From: an uncultured virus (IMG/VR IMGVR_UViG_3300036761_004198)
Taxonomy: Duplodnaviria > Heunggongvirae > Uroviricota > Caudoviricetes
DNA length: 64,000 bases
Virus record (IMG/VR): IMGVR_UViG_3300036761_004198
Strand: one strand, 5' to 3'
Shown here piece after piece: positions 8,772 through 19,153 of the stretch (its first letter is position 1; each line of letters opens with the position of its first letter). The translations under genes were made by a program, and so were the position numbers. The notes under the pieces are model-generated. The model was not told where the DNA came from, did not search any database, and saw only the letters and a program-made list of their open reading frames with translations.

Positions 8772-10873
8772 GAATCCACCAGCGCCGCGAGGCGTCGCTC
8801 CTCGTATGCCAGCTCGGGGCCGACGTCCCAGCCCGCGGCGATCGCAGCATGCAGGCCAGCGATCTCCTGCTGAGTGTCGCGGATCCGGCGACGACGGGCC
8901 GCGGAGCGACCGACGTAGCGCGGCGGTGGAGCGGCACGGAGGTCGTAGATCGAGGTTGCATCTGGGCCGATCGGAGCCTCGAAGCGGCGGAAACGGAGCG
9001 TGTCCGCCGCATCGTCGTCGTTCGTGTCGGTGTCGATCATGACGTGATCTCCTTCGCGCGTTGCTTGGCCTCGGCCAGCGACGGCCACTCGCCGCGGCAC
9101 TCGCCGCCGATGTAGAGGACCCATGCGGTCACTCGACGGCCTGTACGACTCTTCACGAGGCGAGCAGCGTCGTTCTGCTGCTCGTAGAACTCGCCGCTCT
9201 TGTGCCGGCGCCACCACGTAGGATCGAGGGGCTTCATGGCTACGACTGGATCCCTTCATGCGACGGCAACCCGCCACACGAGACGCAGACTTCGTCGTGG
9301 TCGGGAGGCTGAGCCGCGGCCTCGGCTTCCGTCAAACGGTTGCCGCACTCCGCACAGTGAGGGCCGGGTTCGGGGTGCAGTCCGCGCGCGACACGGCTCT
9401 CCGCGCTTTCCTTCTGCACCTCTTGAAGCGCTTCCGCGCACTCGTAGGCGAACTGGTCGTCGGGCGAAAACTTCACGACGACGTACTCGCCGATCCGCCG
9501 GCTGCTCACCTCGCGCGGCGCGGCGAATACACCACCCTCGTGCTCGCGATCCGTGGGGCATGTGAGGATGCGAAACGAGGCGGGCGTCGTGCCTGACCAC
9601 GCCTCGATGACGGCGATGGCACGGATCACGACGCCGCCTTCACGTCGCGGGCGTCGTCGAACGTCCAGCGCCGCGGCGCCTGGATCTTCTCGCCGGGGCG
9701 CGCCGCGCGCTGCTGGAGCGGGTAGCACGCGAGCTGTAGCCAGTCCGCAGCGTGCTTGCGCCGAATGGCGCGGGTAGCGGTCGCGTCGTTCGCGTAGGCG
9801 CCCACGAGCACTTCGATGCCCTCGGGCGTGATCAGCGTGTAGAGAAACTTCGTGGTCATGATCGGCTCCTGTTTAGAGGTATCCCAACACCATCAGCTCG
9901 ACGTCGAACGGTGTGCGCCAGCTGCCGTAGCGGGTCTTGGGGTTTTTGGCGAGCCTCTCCATCTCGTCGTTCGCCGCAGCGCACGCGAGGATCGCCTCGC
10001 GGTGGGCCTCGGCCCACGCGGGCGAGAACCAGTCGTCGATCGCGTCGCGCGCGTCGCGCGCGGCCTGCGCCGCTGCGCGGAGCACGGCGAGCTTGTTCAT
10101 GGGGATGGTAGCGATGGTGTCGGGATCGATTTCGATGTTCTTGGTCACGATGGTTTCCTTTCCACGAAGCATGCCGAGTCAGAGAGCGACGGGCTGAAAC
10201 GCGACGTCGGTCGCGTCGAGCTGATCGAGGTTGGTGTCGAGCGTTGTCAGCACTCCGCCTCCGTACGTGCTTCCGGCGTCGGGCTCGAAGCGAGCCCACG
10301 GTCGGTTGCTGTAGAGATAGAGAACCTTCCCGTAGACGGGCCCGCGGGGCGTCTTGAAGGTGGCACGCTGTCCCGCGGTGATCACGAAGCGCCTCCGAGC
10401 TTCGGCGCCTTCGCCAAACGTCATCGGCGCAATCACGCGTTGCCGTCCTTCGCCTGATCGCGCAGGTAGTCACCGCGCCCCTCGCGGATCGCTTCGCGCT
10501 TGCGCCGCGCCGCGCCGCGCACGATCTCCGCGTCGCACTCTTCGCAGTGCTTGGCGGTGACGCGCGGACGATCGCAGAGCACGCACGCGAGGCAGCGTGG
10601 GCAGAGGCCGTCGTTGTCGAGCTGCGTGCCCTCATCGTCGCAACCGCAGCACGCTTCGGTGGTCACGACGCGCTCCGCTTCGCGCACTGGTCGCAGCGCT
10701 CGTCCTCGTCGTCAACCTCGGTGACGAACTCGGCGGCCTCGTCGGCTTCGACAGCCGCGCGGTGCTCCTCGCAGACGACGACGACCTCGTAGTCCTCGCC
10801 GTCGGCGTGCGCGCCCTTGCCGTTGTGCACGTGGAAGTAGAAAAGGGTCATCGGCGTTTTCATGGGGTTCTCC

Positions 10874-11140
10874 TTAGCGAAGGCCGTGCCGCTGGAGCAG
10901 GCGGCGGAAGTTGGTGCGATCGAGGCCGGACAGGCGCGCGCCCTCCGAGACCGATCCGCCCGCGCGCTCCATCACGCGGACGAGGTAGACGCGCTCGAAC
11001 TCGGATGCCGCGAGACGCTTGGCGTCGGTCAGCGGCATCGCCATCAGGACATCGGCGTCGGCGAGCGTGGGTACCGCCGCAGGAGCGGCGGCCTCGTCGA
11101 TGAGTGCCTCCTGGGCGACGGTCAGAGCGAGTTGTTGCAT
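10874..11140 (-). CDS. stand-alone Fis-type HTH protein (bEBP C-terminal-like)
   Basis: FERVYLVRVMERAGGSVSEGARLSGLDRTNFRRLLQRHGL; start set at ATG 11140 behind the promoter. Confidence 0.85.
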   Translation of the reverse strand: MQQLALTVAQEALIDEAAAPAAVPTLADADVLMAMPLTDAKRLAASEFERVYLVRVMERAGGSVSEGARLSGLDRTNFRRLLQRHGLR

Positions 11141-11153
11141 GCCGGTGGGTATT

Positions 11154-11294
11154 GCGGCTCGCGTGCCGACCCGGGCGATCTGCAAGCTCGCGATCGGTGA
11201 GCCTGGGTAGCCGAACACCCGTGTCTCGAGCTTCACGTACGATCGCCGAAGCGTGCTTGAGTGGTGCCCATGATATCCGGGTGTCCAGCTACCC
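11154..11294 (-). promoter_or_regulatory. sigma54-like promoter with paired GGGT-N8-ACCC boxes
   Basis: CGGCACG-cgag-CCGC 13 nt before ATG 11140; boxes 11205-11220 and 11279-11294. Confidence 0.7.
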
Positions 11295-11305
11295 AGGCGG
11301 TTGGC

Positions 11306-11716
11306 CTAGGCGGGACAGGTCTTTCGCGCGCCGGTGAGGTATCGCAGCAGATCGACGCGCCCGCCGTAGCTGGCGAGGATGATCGGCGTGCCCGCGAGAT
11401 GGGACGCCGCCAATCGGTGATGACCGTCGAGTAGGACAGGCACGGGGTAGATCCGTCCAAAGTCGCACTCGTTGTCGACCTCGATCGCGTCCAACGTCTC
11501 GCCGGCCAAGAGGCGCTCGTAGAAGTAGCGGACCCGGCCATAGTCCCACGCGCGTGTCGGCTGCTTCCGGGTCCTCGCCAGATCGCTGACGTAGACAGAC
11601 TGCGCTCGGTACATGAGGAGCTTCGCGATCGTCATCTTCCGCATGGGAAGGTTCCGCTCGGGCCAGGGATAGAGATCCCACAACCGCTCGACGATCACCT
11701 TGCTGGCAGCGCTCAC
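11306..11716 (-). CDS. ParB/Srx-like N-terminal domain protein
   Basis: VLLDGHHRLAA motif. Confidence 0.65.
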   Translation of the reverse strand: MSAASKVIVERLWDLYPWPERNLPMRKMTIAKLLMYRAQSVYVSDLARTRKQPTRAWDYGRVRYFYERLLAGETLDAIEVDNECDFGRIYPVPVLLDGHHRLAASHLAGTPIILASYGGRVDLLRYLTGARKTCPA

Positions 11717-11898
11717 GCCTCACCCCACAAGTGCGCATGCTCGATGAAGCAGGTCAGCCAGCGATCGAACTCGTCTGGATCGATCGTACCGTCCGCTCTC
11801 CGACACGCCTCGGCAAGCCCCCGCCAGTGTTCAGACCTGTCCTGCGTTGACGTGTTGGTCATGTCCGGCTTCAAACGCGAACCATACACGCCAGCCAT

Positions 11899-12225
11899 TC
11901 ATGGTTTCTTCGCATCCTCGACGAGCTCGGCGATCTTCGTGAGCCCCGACTTCATCGGCCGCGAGTCCTCGCCGAGCTGGGTGGGGTAGACGGTGACCGG
12001 ATGCTCGGCCATGAGCTTGCTCTTGCTGTTCGCGTCGATCAGGCAGGTCTTGCCCTCGCGATCGAGCAAGCACCGATAGCGCGCCTTGCGGTGATCGACG
12101 TCGACGTGATCGCAGCACGTGCATCCCCCGCAGGTCTCGCAGACCTCGATGCCCTGGTCGGCGTAGTAGACGTAGCCCTCGCAGCTACGCGTGTAGACCG
12201 GCGCTGGTGCTGCGTCCGTGCTCAT
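11899..12225 (-). CDS. Cys-rich protein ending in a copy of the integrase N-terminal segment
   Basis: CETCGGCTCC; C-terminus AEHPV...SGLTKIAELV shared with the integrase. Confidence 0.6.
   Translation of the reverse strand: MSTDAAPAPVYTRSCEGYVYYADQGIEVCETCGGCTCCDHVDVDHRKARYRCLLDREGKTCLIDANSKSKLMAEHPVTVYPTQLGEDSRPMKSGLTKIAELVEDAKKP
11921..12011. repeat. direct repeat, copy B (91 bp)
   Basis: Matches 16559-16652 with 4 substitutions and one 3-bp indel. Confidence 0.9.
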
Positions 12226-12229
12226 GATG

Positions 12230-12829
12230 TCAGTATCCCGCAGTCGCGCGGATCTCCTGCATGCGCTCTCGGACGTACGGGAAGTTCGTCCCGTCGAACC
12301 GGACCACGTTCTTGGAGAACCGCGTGTCGATACCGACGTTCCACGGCTGCGCCACCGCAATCACGAGGCCGCGCGGACGCCAGGTGAGCCACCGCTCGAT
12401 GTACTCGGGCCAGTCGTCACACAAGAGCTTGCCGTAGACGAGGCCCTTGTCCTCGGAGAGCACGATTGGCAAGTCGGGCACGTACTTGACGCACCACTCG
12501 ATCTTCTCGCTGGCCGCGGCTGGGATCTTGCGCGGACTCTTCGAGAGGATCTGACACAGAAAGCGCAGGTCCCGCGCTTCTTCGAGGATCTGGAACCCGT
12601 TCGGGATCGGGGCCAGGTCGCGCCAGAAGCCGGGCTGCGACTTGATCAGTCGACGGCGGGCTTTGACGTAAGGCACCTCCTCGGACGCGGTGACATCGGC
12701 CTCGGGATCTTCGCCTGGGCTGCGCAGCTCGGCGAGCTTGTGCTGCATCGAGGCGTCGAAGTTCGCGAGGGTGCCGTCCAGGTCGAATAGCGCGATCGGC
12801 TCTGCGGTCTTGATCTCGTTCTCACCCAT
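12230..12829 (-). CDS. HAD-family 5'(3')-deoxyribonucleotidase-like protein
   Basis: FDLDGTL motif I; K..W...DK..YGKLLCDD; PWN. Confidence 0.8.
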   Translation of the reverse strand: MGENEIKTAEPIALFDLDGTLANFDASMQHKLAELRSPGEDPEADVTASEEVPYVKARRRLIKSQPGFWRDLAPIPNGFQILEEARDLRFLCQILSKSPRKIPAAASEKIEWCVKYVPDLPIVLSEDKGLVYGKLLCDDWPEYIERWLTWRPRGLVIAVAQPWNVGIDTRFSKNVVRFDGTNFPYVRERMQEIRATAGY

Positions 12830-13061
12830 GGTTCTCTCTCCTATTCGTTGTCTGCTGCGGGATTCGCTGGGGGATATCCCTCGCCCGTTCGCTCGACTTC
12901 GTCGATGGCGATCAGAAGGCCGTTGATTTCATCGCGCTCCGGTTCGCTCAGGCGCCGCCAGATCTGGTCCATCTCGTCAACGACCTCGTAGTAGCGCGGT
13001 TCGTCGGCTTCAAGATCTTTCAGCACAGCGGCGAGCCCCACGTAGCGTTTGCCTTCGTCGG

Positions 13062-13646
13062 TCATGCGCCCTCCTCGGTGATCAGCGACTTCGTTCCGAG
13101 GGCCTTCTCGAGGGCCTTCTCGATGCCCGCCGCCGAGCGTTCGATCAGCCACTTCGCGCGCTCGACGTCGGGATCGTCGAGGCCGTCGTTTGGATGCGTG
13201 AGCACGAGCCACGGCACCAGCGCGTCCATGTCGGAGCAGTCGTCGAGGATGACGAACGCAGTCACCTCGGGGTGGGCGGCGAGCCACTCACCGATCTCCC
13301 AGCCGCGCTCGAGGCGCTCGTACGCGAACGGGGCGCCCTCGCGGACGCGCCAGTTTTCGAGCCAGACTTCGTCATTCACGAGGTCCGGCGTCTCGCCGAT
13401 CACGTCGGCGACCAGCCCGTGGCGCGCGAGCGCGGGCCCCAGGTCCTGCCACCGGGCGAACGTCCGCCAGCTCGACGAGATGACGATCTTCGCACCCGTC
13501 TCGGCGATCAGCCGGTTGAGACGTGCCATGCACTCCGGTGCGATCGGAATCGGCAGCCGCTCCTTCGTCGTCGGTAAGACGTCCGATCGCGTGGCGCTGT
13601 GGTTGAGCACGCCGTCGATATCGAGGAAGACGATCTTCACAGCCAC
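13062..13646 (-). CDS. HAD domain protein (Swiss-Army-Knife RNA repair type)
   Basis: FLDIDGVLN, IVISSSWR, FVILDD. Confidence 0.85.
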   Translation of the reverse strand: MAVKIVFLDIDGVLNHSATRSDVLPTTKERLPIPIAPECMARLNRLIAETGAKIVISSSWRTFARWQDLGPALARHGLVADVIGETPDLVNDEVWLENWRVREGAPFAYERLERGWEIGEWLAAHPEVTAFVILDDCSDMDALVPWLVLTHPNDGLDDPDVERAKWLIERSAAGIEKALEKALGTKSLITEEGA

Positions 13647-15178
13647 CCCGCGTGTTGCCCCATCGCCATGACCTGCATGTACTCGTCCTCGGGATCCTCT
13701 CCAGAGTGCTCGTAGCGGTGCTCTCGGAGCAGCGCGTCGATCTCGGACTCCGAGATCCCATGCTTGCTACAGAGGCGGGCAACGAGGCGCGCGCGATCTG
13801 CCTCGAAGCGCTCGCGCGTGTATTCGAGGTCACCAAACTCTTCTAGTAATTGCTCGATGGTGTCACTCACGGCTTCACAGGACTCCGCGTGCCGCCAGCT
13901 CGCCGCGAACGGCCGCCATTACCTCCGCGGCGAACCCCAGCACCTCGGGATGCGGCGCCAGCGCGTGGACGATGTAGACCGACCGCAGTTGATCGGTCGA
14001 GAGCGCCGCGATCTCCTCTGGGCAGATCTTGCCGTCGCGCACGATGACGACGTGTCCGTCGCTGCTGGGCGAGCAGCTCGGGCACACGATGCCGTCGCGG
14101 CGGGCAGTCAAGCACCAGCCACGCGGATACGGCCGACCAGGGGCCTCCGTCCGACAGACCGCGCATCTTCGCCAGTCGACGGTGAGCATCACGCGTCGCC
14201 CTTGGGCAGCTTCTCGTAGCGCTCGTGGATCTCCGGGATCGACATCGGCTCGCTCGTGCCGCTCGCGGCCCAGACGGCGCTCACCTTGTGCGAAAGCTCG
14301 CGGACCCGGCGCCGGTGCGGGATCTGGCGCAGGACGTACGCGAAGGCGGTGCCCGCAGGGGCATGGTCCTCCATCTGCTGGGCCGCTGCCTCGGCGTCCT
14401 CGTCCGTGATGTCGAGCCGATCGATCGCGCGATCGCCAAACACGTCCAGGAAGCGCAGCCACATGTCGAACAGCGGGCTCGTCGCGTTCTCGACGCGGCG
14501 GTACTCGCGATCCTCGGGAGACATGTCCCTGGTCTCTTCGGCAAGCTCTTCGGCCGTCATCCGCGTGGCGTAGGCAGTCTTCGTCATCTGCGTTCTCCGC
14601 GTTCTCCGTGCAGCGATCGATGGTGCGCCGTGATCCGTCCGGCATGGACGAGCGGCGAGAGCTGGACCTCGACTTCGTGCGGATCTGGCTGCCAGGGCGC
14701 CCCGATCACGAGCACCGTGCCCTTCCCGTCAAGCATGGCGCCGCCTTCTTCATCGAGACACGGCTGACCCGACGCTCCCCCGCAGACGGGACAAGCCACC
14801 GCGTACTCTTGTCGACGGATGGGCACCCAGACGCCGATCGTCGGTGTGTCCGCACGGACACCGATCCAGTCACGAACGCAGCGCGAGAGATCACGCCGCG
14901 CGCGCTCGAGGCTCGCGAAGCGCTGCGCGTGGAGGCGATCGCGAATCCGGCACGCTGCCCACACTTCACCGTCGGTGACCCCGTACGTCGGCAGGTTCTC
15001 GCGGATCGACACGACCGTGCCGTCGACGTCGACCATGAAGAAGCGCGCATCTGGGCGGGAATCGAAATAGCTGGTCGTCTGCATCACTGGAAGGAGCCTC
15101 ATCGGGTGCTCGGCTTCTTCGCGAGCGCGTCGCCGCACGTACACAGCACGGCCATGACGCGGTGAGATTCGATGCGGC

Positions 15179-15736
15179 TCATCTTGGCTCCTGGACCAAC
15201 GATGGCACCACAGTGGCGCTTGCGCGAAGCAGCCAGATCTGCGCGTGACCGTAGGGCCAGCGTGCCAGCCCTCGCTCAAGATGAAGATGCCAGAGCGTCG
15301 TCAGCGGACGCGTATAACCGACTTCCAGCGGCACATCTTGCGGATCGAGTAAAACTTCTCCGATGTACAGCGGCTCGACCCACGAGAAGCTGCCGTCATC
15401 GTCGCCCTTGCCTTCGCGAATGATCGCCTTGAAGGGCGTCTCCAATGACGTGAGCTTCTCGCGATTCTTCGTGATCTGATCGTCGCCGCTTGGCGTCGAG
15501 CCGAGATGGATCGGCGTGATTGTGATCTTCCCTGCTCGAATAGCGGCATAGACCTGACCGAACGCGTAGGCGTCATAGAGGTCGTACGACCCTCGCCAGC
15601 GTTGCGTAACTACGTCGACGATTGGTTCAAACTCACCCGCAAGCATGCGTTTTCGTAGACCCGCGTAGACTTCAAGCGCCCCCGGCTCGCACAACAAATC
15701 GTCGACGTGCGCTGTCCACGTCTCATGGATACTCAT
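15179..15736 (-). CDS. hypothetical protein
   Basis: ATGA overlap with integrase stop. Confidence 0.6.
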   Translation of the reverse strand: MSIHETWTAHVDDLLCEPGALEVYAGLRKRMLAGEFEPIVDVVTQRWRGSYDLYDAYAFGQVYAAIRAGKITITPIHLGSTPSGDDQITKNREKLTSLETPFKAIIREGKGDDDGSFSWVEPLYIGEVLLDPQDVPLEVGYTRPLTTLWHLHLERGLARWPYGHAQIWLLRASATVVPSLVQEPR

Positions 15737-16728
15737 TTCAACACGTCCTCGTAGCGCAGCGCGATCGGCAGCTTCTCAACCGCCTCGCGCTTCCCCTTCT
15801 CTCCACGGCGATCGTAGATGGCCGTCGTCTTGACGTCGGAGTGCCCCATCAGCTTCTGCACCATGAGAATATCGGCGCCGTTCTCGAGCAGATCTGTCGC
15901 GAACGTGCGGCGCAGGTCGTGCGGCGTCAGATCGGGGACCCCGGAGAGCGTTACCAGCTCGCCGAGCACGTGATCGACGCCCGCGCGGCCGAGGCGCTTC
16001 ATCGTGGGCCCCTTGTCGCGATCCCAGCGCACGAACAGCGGTTCGCAGCCACGGCTCTTCTGGAACTCGAACCACGGCACGAGCCACGGCCGGTAACCCT
16101 CGGCGAGGTACGTCTCGCGAAACTTGCCGCGCTTACCGCGCTGGACCTTGATCGCGCCCGTCGCCGGATCGTACAGCGCAGTGTCGAGCGCGGAGGTTTC
16201 CTGTCGACGTAGCCCGCCGGCGAACATCGCGATGAAGAGGGCCTGGTCGCGCCAGCTCCGCGGCTCTTCCTGTCCGGCTGCGGCGCGTAGAAGCGTGCGA
16301 ACCTCATCGATCGAGACCGATCGGCCGGCGGGCGCTAGATCTGCCGTCTTCATGCTCTTGAAGTCGAGCGCACGCCGGTAGTCCTCGGTCTCGATCTGGC
16401 CGAGCTGCCACGCCGCCTTGAGCACGCCACGCAGGGCCGACAGCATGCGGTTGACGGTACGCTCGCCGTAGTTCGAGACGAGCGAGGAGCGGATCGCCTG
16501 CGTGTGCTGGAAGCGGAGCTGGTGCCACGGCAGCGACCATTGCGTGGCACGACGATCCACGAGCTCGGCGATCTTCGTGAGCCCCGACTTCATCGCCGGC
16601 CGCGAGTCCTCGCCGAGCTGGGCGAGGTAGACGGCGACCGGGTGCTCGGCCAGGTTGATCCCGATCGGGGACAGATCTGTGGATCGCGGCTGATGTACGA
16701 GCACACGTGCTCGTTCTTTGCGGGTCAC
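15733..16728 (-). CDS. tyrosine recombinase/integrase
   Basis: GLRRQE, K, HDLRRTF, GHSDVKTT..Y catalytic residues; GTG 16728 overlaps upstream stop. Confidence 0.95.
   Translation of the reverse strand: MTRKERARVLVHQPRSTDLSPIGINLAEHPVAVYLAQLGEDSRPAMKSGLTKIAELVDRRATQWSLPWHQLRFQHTQAIRSSLVSNYGERTVNRMLSALRGVLKAAWQLGQIETEDYRRALDFKSMKTADLAPAGRSVSIDEVRTLLRAAAGQEEPRSWRDQALFIAMFAGGLRRQETSALDTALYDPATGAIKVQRGKRGKFRETYLAEGYRPWLVPWFEFQKSRGCEPLFVRWDRDKGPTMKRLGRAGVDHVLGELVTLSGVPDLTPHDLRRTFATDLLENGADILMVQKLMGHSDVKTTAIYDRRGEKGKREAVEKLPIALRYEDVLK
16559..16652. repeat. direct repeat, copy A (94 bp), inside the integrase 5' region
   Basis: Matches 11921-12011. Confidence 0.9.
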
Positions 16729-17012
16729 GCGGCCTCCTTGCGGAACACCAGGTCCGCCGCTGCGTGGGCGTACTTCGAGACGTAGTCGCTGTGTCCAACG
16801 GCCATGCGCTCGGTGCGCTCGACGACCTCGATCCCGACTGGATCGTAGGCGAGCAGGTTCCGCTGGCGGTTGACCTCGCGCATCACGCACTCGCGCTCAG
16901 CGGCTATCCACGCGTCGACGGTCCGCCCCTTGCGACGCTCGGTCTCGGCGACGAGCTTGGCTCGGATCGCCTCGTAGATCGGCTTGTAGTGGCTCCCAGG
17001 TCCCCTTGGCAT
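16725..17012 (-). CDS. hypothetical protein
   Basis: MPRGPGSHYK...; TAAGGT 5 nt before ATG. Confidence 0.65.
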   Translation of the reverse strand: MPRGPGSHYKPIYEAIRAKLVAETERRKGRTVDAWIAAERECVMREVNRQRNLLAYDPVGIEVVERTERMAVGHSDYVSKYAHAAADLVFRKEAA

Positions 17013-17076
17013 GCCCAACCTTATCACTTGCGAGAATCGCCATTCAATCAAGCGTGTGAAGTAGCTGGAATCAGGG

Positions 17077-17200
17077 CGTTGCATAAAATAACACGCGCGC
17101 CTTATTGAAGTTATGCAACGCGCCGACGAGAACGAGATGATCACTGTGATCGCGCGCGCGGCGAGGGTCGACGGCAGTCGATCGATCATGTTATGCAACG
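17077..17200. promoter_or_regulatory. three TTATGCAACG sites in the divergent intergenic region
   Basis: 17077-17086 (inverted), 17111-17120, 17191-17200. Confidence 0.6.
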
Positions 17201-17209
17201 GGCATCCGA

Positions 17210-17398
17210 ATGGCTGCAACGAAAGCACGCAACGCCGAAGAGCGTACCGAGAAGCATCGCAAGGCGCACAAGCTCGTGCAGACCTGGGTGAGCCCAGAAA
17301 TGAAGAAGCTGCTCGACGCGAGAGCCAAGAGCGAGGGCCGCACGATCGCGAACTGGGTGCGCCGCGAGCTCAGCAAGATCCTCGGCGTCGCGGAGTGA
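17210..17398 (+). CDS. ribbon-helix-helix (CopG/Arc-like) regulator
   Basis: LVQTWVSPEMKKLLDARAKSEGRTIANWVRREL. Confidence 0.75.
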   Translation: MAATKARNAEERTEKHRKAHKLVQTWVSPEMKKLLDARAKSEGRTIANWVRRELSKILGVAE

Positions 17399-17964
17399 GC
17401 ACGATGCGAAGACCGACGCGAAGACCGAACGAATGGAGACAAGACGCTCCACCAGCACACGGGATCACCTCTGCGCTTGGACGTGCGCGGGTGCGCGAAC
17501 TCGAAGCAACGCTTACCGACGAAGAGTGGAAGGGCACTCTCGCTTTCTTCGAGAACCACTGCGCGTACTGTCGTCGGATCTGGTGCCTCGTCGATCACGT
17601 GACGTCGCTCGATCGTGGAGGTGGCACCACGCGGACGAACTGTTTGCCGGCCTGCGGTTCATGTAACCGCTATAAGGGTCAGCGGACGCTCGAAGAACTG
17701 ATCCTCCGGGTCCAGCTTAGGGACGCCAGGGAGGGGAGAGAAGCGCGGCTGTATGCTGCCGTCAGTCCGAACAACCTCGTGCGTGCGCTCGCGTTCCTTC
17801 GTGAACATGGACGCCCACCGATGGAGCCTGCAATAAAACCACTGCGGTGCGCTCAATCCGTCAAGTGCAGCCTAGGGCATCTCCACAGGTGCCAGCTGCT
17901 GTTCGGACACGACAGTGAACATGACGGCAGCGAACGACGAAGCACCGACGAGCCCACGGAGTAG
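17395..17964 (+). CDS. HNH endonuclease
   Basis: CAYC...DHVTSLDRGG...NCLPACGSCNRYKG. Confidence 0.85.
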   Translation: MSTMRRPTRRPNEWRQDAPPAHGITSALGRARVRELEATLTDEEWKGTLAFFENHCAYCRRIWCLVDHVTSLDRGGGTTRTNCLPACGSCNRYKGQRTLEELILRVQLRDAREGREARLYAAVSPNNLVRALAFLREHGRPPMEPAIKPLRCAQSVKCSLGHLHRCQLLFGHDSEHDGSERRSTDEPTE

Positions 17965-17967
17965 AGC

Positions 17968-18642
17968 ATGCTGATCTGCATCGAGAACCTGATCGACGAG
18001 GCGATGGTCGCGCGGCTCCGCGGCTGGCTCGCCGAGGCCACGTTCGAGGACGGCCGCGCTACCGCGGGCGGCAACGCACGCAAGGTCAAGAACAACGAGC
18101 AGGTCAGCGACGATCCAGATCGCCGTGATCCGAAGCTCGAAGAGATGCAAGACCTTGTCATGGACCTCTTGTGGGACCACAACCTCTTCATGACGGCGGC
18201 GCAGCCCAAAGAGATCCACCCGCCGCTGTTCTCCCGCTACCTGCCCGGCATGCGCTACGGCACGCACATGGACAACGCGCTCATGGGCGAGATGCGCATC
18301 GATCTGTCCCTCACGCTCTTCCTCTCCGATCCGTCGGAGTACGACGGCGGCGAACTCGAGATCGACTTCTCCACCGGCCAGCGCTCCGTGAAGCTGCCCG
18401 CCGGCAGCGGTGCGCTCTACGCGACCACGGCCCCGCATCGCGTCGCCGAGGTCACGCGAGGGCAGCGTCTGGTGACGGTGACCTGGGTGCGAAGCCTCGT
18501 GCGCGATCCCGCGGCCCGCGAGATCTTGCTGGATCTCAAGACGGCACAGCGCCACCTATCCACGCAGCTCGGCACGACCCCCGAGATAGAGCTGCTCAAC
18601 AAGACGTACACGAACCTGTTGCGTCGATGGATCGAGGACTAG
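17968..18642 (+). CDS. PKHD-type Fe(II)/2OG dioxygenase (PiuC/YbiX-like)
   Basis: FSRY..G..YGTHMDNA, DLSLTLFL..P..YDGGEL, HRVAEVTRG.R, NLLRRW. Confidence 0.92.
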   Translation: MLICIENLIDEAMVARLRGWLAEATFEDGRATAGGNARKVKNNEQVSDDPDRRDPKLEEMQDLVMDLLWDHNLFMTAAQPKEIHPPLFSRYLPGMRYGTHMDNALMGEMRIDLSLTLFLSDPSEYDGGELEIDFSTGQRSVKLPAGSGALYATTAPHRVAEVTRGQRLVTVTWVRSLVRDPAAREILLDLKTAQRHLSTQLGTTPEIELLNKTYTNLLRRWIED

Positions 18643-18808
18643 CTAAGGGCTTGCGACGTCGGCTGACGCGTCGAGCGCGTCATGCGCGCGCAGGTAGACC
18701 ACAAGCGGGAGCGAAATGATCACGAGCGCAATGCAGACAAGCCCCGTGAGCAGGCGGATCAGCAGCACGTGCAGATCGTACATACCCCGAAGCGTACCAG
18801 CGGAGGGT

Positions 18809-18938
18809 GGGTGGCCGACTACCCGTATCTCGAGCGAAACGCACGCGCACGAACCGCAGCCTTCCAGAGACGGGTGCGGTCCTACCCAGGGTCGCAAGTC
18901 GCGCACTTGCGCCGGCGTGCGTGCGGCACGAGAGCTGC
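18809..18938 (+). promoter_or_regulatory. sigma54-like promoter with paired GGGT-N8-ACCC boxes
   Basis: Boxes 18809-18824 and 18872-18887; CGGCACG-agag-CTGC 14 nt before ATG 18953. Confidence 0.75.
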
Positions 18939-18952
18939 TCTATCCGTCAGGC

Positions 18953-19153
18953 ATGCTCAGAATCAACTGGATCGGCGGCGCGGCGCTCCTGCGCTTGACC
19001 ACCGGCGGTCGTTGCGACTGGGTGTACTGCGGCGGTGGACCCTGGTACCGCGACGTCAAGCGGTCGCACTTCGTCGCCGCGATCGAGTCGCTGCTCGGCT
19101 GGGATCATCCAGCCGCGCAGGAGGCCCGCGATTTCGTTCGGAGCGCCAAATGA
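18953..19153 (+). CDS. hypothetical protein
   Basis: First ORF after promoter; ATGA overlap with next gene. Confidence 0.6.
   Translation: MLRINWIGGAALLRLTTGGRCDWVYCGGGPWYRDVKRSHFVAAIESLLGWDHPAAQEARDFVRSAK

Noticed and set aside
16729..16890. Longer integrase N-terminus given in the ORF track
   Set aside because: It overlaps the upstream gene; GTG 16728 has an AAGGAGG RBS and a GTGA overlap.
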